Source: the human T2T-CHM13v2.0 reference genome, Homo sapiens
Strand: one strand, 5' to 3'
DNA: 64,000 nucleotides
NCBI RefSeq assembly: GCF_009914755.1
Contig: NC_060925.1
This document shows positions 1 to 64,000 of this stretch, piece by piece. The notes under the pieces were generated by a model, which saw only the letters and a program-made list of their open reading frames with translations, was not told the DNA's origin and searched no databases. The position numbers and the translations under genes are program-made. Within the stretch, counting starts at the first letter, position 1. The number at the start of each line of letters is the position of its first letter.

Positions 1-470
<470 letters not shown>

Positions 471-620
471 AATAAATTAATTAATTAAAAAAAAAAAAAA
501 GGCCGGGCCTGGTGGCTCACGCCTGTAATCCCAGCACTTTGGGAGGCCAAGACGGGTGATCACTTGAGGTCAGGAGTTGGAGACCAGCCTGGCCAACATG
601 GTGAAACCCTGTCTCTACTA

Positions 621-821
<201 letters not shown>

Positions 822-1245
822 TCATGCTGCTTGTAGGCCACTTAATACTTCTGTATTATATTCTAAGTTCACTAAAATATAAACCCAATGAGGTCTTGAA
901 TTTTTGTCACTGTTGAATTACCAGAACAGTGCCTGACTCACAGTAAAGGCTTAATATTTGTTAAATAAATGAAAGAGTAATGGGAAAGTTTTGTACAGGG
1001 AAAAACAGACTGTAGGGTGGAGTGTAGTGCAGAAGTAGGGAAGTTAGAGGACTATCACATAAGACTAGGGGGAAACAAAGGGAACTTAAACTGTGTGGTC
1101 ATGCTAGAGGGAGAGAGAAACGGCCAGATTCATATTATATTTTGAAGAGGCAGGGACAGAATTTGCTAATATGGACCAAAAGAGAAGTAGAGAAGAATAA
1201 CAACAAAATGATTGAGCAATATTTAATTTGGAATCACATGGCTAA

Positions 1246-3235
<1,990 letters not shown>

Positions 3236-3859
3236 CATGCTGGGTGCAGTGGCCCACACCTATAATTCCAGCACTTTGGGAGGCCGAGGCGGCCAACATA
3301 GGGAGACAAGCTGGTCTCAAACTGCTGGGCTCAGGCGATCCTCTCACCTCGGCCTCCCACAAAATAATTTTTAAAAAATCAGCTAAGCATGGTGGTGTTC
3401 ACCGTAGTCCAAGCTACTTAGGAGACTGAGGTGGGAAGAACTCTTGAGCCCAGGAGATCAAGGCTGCAGTGAGCTATGAGTGCCACTGACTCCAGCCTGG
3501 GCAACAGAGGGAGACCCTGACGAAAGAGAGAGAAAGACAGAGCGAGAGAGAGAGAAAAGAAAAAATAACCTTAAAATGTTTTTCAAGACCCAAGTTTCCA
3601 TGTCACTTAATTTAGTCTCCCCTCAGGCAGATTAAACACTGAGATCTCCTTATATCCACTTAATCCCAGAAATGTAGTACAGTTCTTGGCACAGAGTAAG
3701 AACTCAATATATATTGGCTGAAGGAATGAACAAATAAATGAATTGGGATGAAATGTTTATGTGACAGTCTCTACAACCAGACTGTGAGCGCATCAAGTAC
3801 ATAGAAGATGTTCTATTCATCTTTTTTCCTCCAGCACCTAACACAGTATCCAACACAAA

Positions 3860-4451
3860 ATGAATGTGTACTAGATGCTATTTATTAAACTGTAGACAGG
3901 AGATAAATACTTTATTTCAAAAGTGCAAAGAAGGGAAGACAAATCACATTTCTTTTTATCATGTAAACTTGTACCAAAGACTTATGAATAGATTTATGAA
4001 TTGGAGTAGAAAACATAGACATTTCTACCTTGAGGATATAGAAGGGAACTTAGGAAGTGAGAAGTCAGATTACCCTAGTCCTCTAGGGTGCTTAAAGCTA
4101 ACTAGTCCCGTGAATGAGAATCTAACCTATGTGAAAATCTCCAGCCTGTACCTGTACAGCATCAGCCCTGGGACAACACAGTCAGGGGCAGGCTGTAGTC
4201 ACATCTCTTAGCCTAAGAGTACACAGCTGTCAGGGAAAGTCCTGATGGCCACAGTGAAAAAGGTCATGGGTGGAGAGAAGCAAAGTAGGAAGGATCATTT
4301 GAAGCACAAACAAATGGGGAAACTGAACAGACAATCTCAGTATCACCACATCTGCTTCAAAAATAGCACACCAACTCCCTTCCAAAGTGCATCGTTACAC
4401 TGCACCATCGTGGAAGAAATGGAAGAGCAGGATGGATTTGGCTGGCTGGAG
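3860..4451 (-). terminator. CTSK: CTSK 3' UTR with two AATAAA poly(A) signals
   Basis: tttatt (AATAAA on minus) at 3911-3916 and 3881-3886; 3' end inferred about 20 nt beyond. Confidence 0.85.
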
Positions 4452-14600
<10,149 letters not shown>

Positions 14601-14658
14601 TTAGATAGGATGCTGGTACATCTGGTTCCAAGGACTTTGATCTAGGGGGATTTAGCCA

Positions 14659-14659
<1 letters not shown>

Positions 14660-14708
<49 letters not shown>

Positions 14709-14748
14709 GAGATTTAGGCAACACACACTCTCTCTGTTTCTCTCTCTG

Positions 14749-14814
<66 letters not shown>

Positions 14815-14815
14815 A
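14660..14815. repeat. Compound (TC)n/(CA)n microsatellite in CTSK intron 1
   Basis: About 45-nt TC run, then TC followed by about 26 CA units. Confidence 0.97.
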
Positions 14816-15900
14816 CACAACCAGAAATGGGGGATAGAAACTGGACAATCAGAATGGGCTCAGTGCGTTTCCTCCAGGGTCCCTAGCAGGCTTGGAGACA
14901 GACAAATAGCAAGGTGGTAGTGGGGTTCAGAATACACAAAGGAGAGATTTCCGTCTAAGTTTTGCTTCCTGATCATTTCTTCGAGGCGTTCTTCTCTTTC
15001 GTGCCTAAATTCTGGTACTTTCCCAGATCTTGTCAGAAGAGGACAAGGGAAAATAGGACAATGTTTCCTGTTTTCTGAGACATTGTATATCTCCTCATTC
15101 TCCTTATGCATTTCTTCTTCCTTTTTCTCTCCCTTCCCTCCTTAGGCAGGAAACTGCCCTAATCTTAACCAGATGCTGCGGGCAAGGTTTTTTATTTTTC
15201 CCCTAACAACAAAAACCCACTGTGGCTGCCGCAAAGGACAAGAAGCCTCAGATCCAAGGTTTGTTAGAAGAATGTTCAGACTGAAAAGCAATGTTCTATG
15301 ATGATGAAATTCACAGCTTTTCATAAGTTTACTCTAGTTAGCTTCACTCATTTCTTGCATTGGCTTTCTTAATTACAAATCCTCCATTTTAAGAACAATT
15401 TGCAGCCTGCAGCATGACATATGGCTTACACAATTGCTTATAGTCCATTTACATGTAATTTTGCAAACTGGCAAAATGTCCAGTAGGACATTTAAAAACT
15501 AGAGTGTTAAGGGCTTTGAGATGTCTCAGTGAACAGGAAGCACTGAGCTACTACCTCCCCATACCACTCTCCTCCTCCTCACTAAGGAGTTAACCGTTTT
15601 GATCCTTGTTGGCCAAAGTAGAAAACACTGCAGAAAGGCCACTCTTGAAGGATGGGGAAATGATTCCCTATATACTTTGCTTTTACTAACAATCATGTAT
15701 GTATATATATAAATCATACAAGGAATTCTACAGATTTCCAGGCAGATTTTATTTAGCCAGGGAATGACCTAAGAAGTGCATCTCTGTTTTCATCTGCAGA
15801 GGCTAAAAGTTTATTGTGATCCTCAAGTCACTACATCCCTAATACTCAGAGAATTGACAGGAATGAAAAGCTAAAAGATCTAGGAAGTTGCAAACGTTAC

Positions 15901-15960
15901 CTGCTGATGGAAATCTGTTGTCTGGCTTCGTTTCGGCAGCAAAGTGTGGGCACACCATCA
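15901..15960 (-). other. CTSK: CTSK exon 1 (non-coding 5' UTR); upstream boundary/TSS approximate
   Basis: Donor CAG|gtaacg at 15901/15900; exon 2 has only 1 nt before the ATG. Confidence 0.85.
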
Positions 15961-16800
15961 GGGGTGCTAGATTTATTCCATCGGGATTGCGGAAGTCAGC
16001 TCCAGTGATCGGCTGGAAAATTTGGGTAAGAGGAGGAGGCGGGGATAGAAATGCTGAGAGAAGGAAGGGTAGGGAGGAGGGAAGGAGGCAGTGGATTTGC
16101 AGTGTTTCTGTGTGTATGCAGCATGTGTGCCAGGGTAGGGAATTACTAGCTATTTAGTCTCACAAGACTGTCTTTGGTGGCAAATAACAAGACCTCAATA
16201 TCTATTGACTCAAATAGGAGCTTACTTTCTCTTTTGGTGAGTAAAAGGAAGGACACAGCCCTAGTCTCTCCCATCCTTCTTCTTCAATATCTTTATTTTA
16301 ATATTGGGGGATTATATCTTTTCCTACCCCTTTCCTGTTAGGATTTACCTCTCCAACATTGAAACCTATTTTCATATTTGTGTCTGACTCTCACCTCTGG
16401 GATGCGGTAATGAACATAAAAGGCTATAAAAGAATAATGTAATGGAAGCCATAGGCTCCAGAATTCTTTGTATTTTTATAAGCTTGTTGGTTGCAAGTTG
16501 TCATTACTTCCAGGCAGAATAGTTTTCCCAGCCTAATGTGGTTTTGCTGAAGGAGGATATGCCCAGAAAGTCCAGATGAAACTGTCTTTAAAAGTAACCA
16601 AAAACAGCAGTCCTGGTTATTTATGACAGCACTTGAATCAATGCCGTAAGTTCTGATGGACTCACATGTGACTCTGTTGCTAAAACTCTCAGGTGGTGGG
16701 ATGCCCGATAAACATCATCTGTCTCAATTAAAATCCCCAATCTAGGACAAGTCACATGAGCTTCTCCAAATGCTTCCCCAACATCCAAGCATGTGACAGA
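15960..16800 (-). promoter_or_regulatory. CTSK: CTSK promoter: E-box (CACATG/CATGTG) cluster, AP-1 site, NFAT-like GGAAAA, purine tract; no evident TATA box
   Basis: tcacatgtga 16662-16671, gtcacatgag 16751-16760, catgtgac 16790-16797, catgtg 16122-16127; TGACTCA 16206-16212; GGAAAA 16015-16020. MITF/TFE3, NFATc1 and AP-1 control of CTSK is established knowledge. Confidence 0.75.
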
Positions 16801-17077
16801 TCATAAGAATCTAGCTGATTCCTCAAACCACACCCCAAACTTCATTTTCTTCCATAAACAGATGTGGGGAAGGAGAAAAAAAGGCTTCTTGGAATAGAAA
16901 GGATAATAAATGGGATCTGTAATAGACTCAGTTTCTAGCTGGATTCCATGCATAAACCCTCAAAAATACAGGCTTATGCCTCTGGATTTTAAGAGCTGCT
17001 AACAGGCTAGGCGCAGTGGTTCACGCCTGTAATCCCAGGCCTTTGGGAGGCCAAAGCATGTGGATCACCTAAGGTCA

Positions 17078-60480
<43,403 letters not shown>

Positions 60481-62169
60481 CTGAGGAAAGCCAACAATAA
60501 ATACTTTAAGCCTGCTGATAATACAAAACATTAAGAAGTTAAAATTTCTCAACACAAGCTACCGGAACACCCACCCAAATGGAAGAATGGAAAGAGGAAG
60601 TGGCAGAAGTCAAACAAAGCTACATTTCCTCTTGTTCATAGTCCCAAACTAGGCAAAGAAGTACAAAACTGGGGCCAGGAGTGGTGGCTCACGCCTGTAA
60701 TCCCAGCATTTTGGAAGGCTGAGGTGGGTGGATCACCTGAGGTCAGGAGTTCGAGATCAGCCTGGCCAACATGCTGAAACCCCATCTCTACTAAAAATAC
60801 AAAAATTAGCTGGGCATGGTGGCGGGTACCTGTAATCTCAGCTACTCAGGAGGCTGAGGCAGGAGAATTGCTGGAACCCGGGAGGTGGAGGTTTCAGTGA
60901 GCCAAGATCGCACCATTGCACTCAAGCCTGGGCGACAACTGCAAGACTCCATCTCAAAAAAAAAAAGTACAAAACTGGGCAATAGAAACAAAAGTACCTT
61001 CTGCTACCTTAACACTTTCCTAGAGTAGCAGTCAATCTTTGCCAGAGTTTTCAATCAGACTACAACCTCTGTAAAGGGAGCAGGAATCCACTCAGAAAAA
61101 ATAAGAAAAAATTAACGTAAATAATTCAGGTCCATGTTTCATTTCTAGAGTCTGCTCTAAGCCGTGTTACCAAATTTCTGAAACATCTTTCAAAGCAGTG
61201 ATCTTACATAAAGGAGTGACTTAATACCTACGAAGATTGTTAGATAATGTTTCTTTCCTTCATTGATCTAATAAACATGTAATATATACTTCATTCAAGA
61301 CACTGTGCTAGGTGAGGTAAAAACAAGAACCTTGCCCTCAAGGGGCTCTTCACCTAGAGAAATACAAATATAAAACAAGTGAGAATAGGAAAGTGTCACA
61401 TAAGGGGTACAATCAACATGCTACAGACATTCAGGGAAAGAAGAAGTGAATTTCTTTAAAGGAGATTAGGAAAGATTATAAACAATAAAATAGACCAATC
61501 CCCTTATAATCTCTGTACACTATTGAACTAAAATATTGCTCATGTTACCACCTTAACCTAGTGATCACTCTTTTTACTTCTACTATTGGGATACCTTGAT
61601 ATTATGGACCTCTAGATGGGTCGCATTTGAAGTACACATACAGCATCAATCCTGAAAGTGTTTGCTCCTCTTCCTCCTTCCTGAATCCCCTAATCTGGTC
61701 ACCTGTAAAATCCTATCTATCTACCCAGTAACTCAAATTCTTTCTTTCTCTCTATCTCTTCCTTTCTTTCTTTTTAAGAGACAAGCTCTCACTCTGTTAC
61801 TCAGGCTGGAGTACAGTGGCATGATCATAGCTCACTGCCACCTTGAGCTCCTGGGCTCAAGGGATCCTCCCATCTTGGCCTCCCAATTAGCTGGAACTAT
61901 AGGAGCCCACCACTGCACTCAACTAAATTTTTTTATTTTAAAAAATCTCAGCCAGGCATGGTTGCTCACACCTGTAGTCCACGCACTTTGGGAGGCCAAG
62001 GCGAGCAGACTACTTGAACTCAGGAGTTCAAGACCAGCCTGGGCAACACGGTGAAATCCCGTCTCTACAAAACATACAAAAACTAACCAGGCATGGTGGC
62101 GCATGTGTAGTCCTAGCTACTTGGGTTGGGGGGGCGGGAGGGGCTGCAGGCCTTGAGCCTGGGAGGTCA

Positions 62170-62529
<360 letters not shown>

Positions 62530-63010
62530 TCAAAAAAAAAAAAAAAAAAAAAGGGAAGGGGAAAGAGAGGGAAGGAGGGAGGGAAAGGTAATTGCTAAGT
62601 CAAAGGAAAAAAATGAAGGAAGGAAGGAAAAGAAAGATAATTGCTAAGTCAAAGAAAAAAAAGTCTCGCCATTTTCCCCAGGCTGGTCTTGAATTCCTGG
62701 GCTCAAGTAATCCTCCTACCTCAGCCTCCCAAAGTGCTGGCACTACAGGTATGAGCCTCCGTGCTCAGCCCAATAACTCTATTTCTAAGAATCTAAAGAA
62801 ATAATATGAAATAGGAAAAAAAAGTTTAGGTACAAAGAAGTTCTTTTTAGCATCATATGTAACAGCAAAATCTTCAAAACAATTTAGATGTCCCAAAATA
62901 GGAAGTTAAGTACATCCTTTCACGCAACCATTAAAAATTATGTTTATGGCTGTGCGCAGTGGCTCATGCCTGTAATCCCAGCACTTTGAGAAGCCAAGGC
63001 AGGCGGATCA

Positions 63011-63310
<300 letters not shown>

Positions 63311-64000
63311 TCATGTCTGTAATCCCAACACTTTAGGACGTCGAGATGGGAGGGCTGCTTGAGCCTAGGAGTTTTAGACCAGCCTGGTCAACGTAGTGAG
63401 ACCATGTCTTTAAAAAAAAAAAAAAAAATAGCCAGGTATGGTGCCATGTGCCTGTGGTCCCAGCTACTCGGAGAACTGAAGTAGGAGGATTGCTTCCTGG
63501 GCCCAGGAAGTTGAGGCTACAATGAGCCATGATCATGCCACTGCACTCCAGCCTGGGCAACAGAGCAAGACTCTGTCTCCGAAATGTGTGTGTGTGTGTA
63601 TTGCTTATTATTTATATAAGGTGCCAAAATGTGTGTGTGCGTGTGTATTGCTTATTATTTATATAAGGTGAAAAGACTAGGCCATGTAAAACTATATAAT
63701 TACATAACTATTAAAAACAATTTACATATAAAGACTGAAGGACATGCACTAAAAAACATGGTAGTAGATTTTGGCCTTTTTATTGTTCTTTCTAACTTTC
63801 TGTATTTTCCAATCTTTCTTTAAAAGAAATATGGGCCGGGTGCAGTGGCTCGTGCCTGTAATCCCGCACTTCGGGAGGCCAAGGCGGGTGGATCACGAGG
63901 TCAGGAGATCGAGACCATCCTGGCTAACACGGTGAAACCCCGTCTCTACTGAAAATACAAAAAAATTAGTCGGGCATCATGGCGGGCGCCTGTAGTCCCA

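Overview
Human (primate) genomic DNA from the CTSK-ARNT locus (1q21.3 by established knowledge). Two protein-coding genes lie on the minus strand, head to tail. The complete cathepsin K gene CTSK has 8 exons; I assembled a 990-nt CDS (329 aa + stop) by hand, 14468 to 4452. ARNT (HIF-1beta) is present from exon 3 to exon 22 (60480 to stop at 19703), with a 3' UTR reaching about 17390, only about 1.4 kb from CTSK exon 1. The rest is repeat-dense intron and intergenic DNA: about 50 Alus (including an AluYb8), a full-length SVA nested in an Alu, L1/L2 fragments, MST/MER21/MLT1 LTRs, Tigger2, MER58, a MADE1 MITE, a retroposed U6 copy and microsatellites. Most of the ORF track is Alu/SVA noise. I found no evidence for a wholly new gene or system. 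The most interesting signals are splicing architecture (two near-identical GC donors, an exon 11/12 junction that regenerates a donor identical to the real exon 13 donor, and three tandem 45-nt microexons, two clearly paralogous) and several local templated-insertion or template-switch scars. Repeat subfamily calls were made by eye and their boundaries are approximate.
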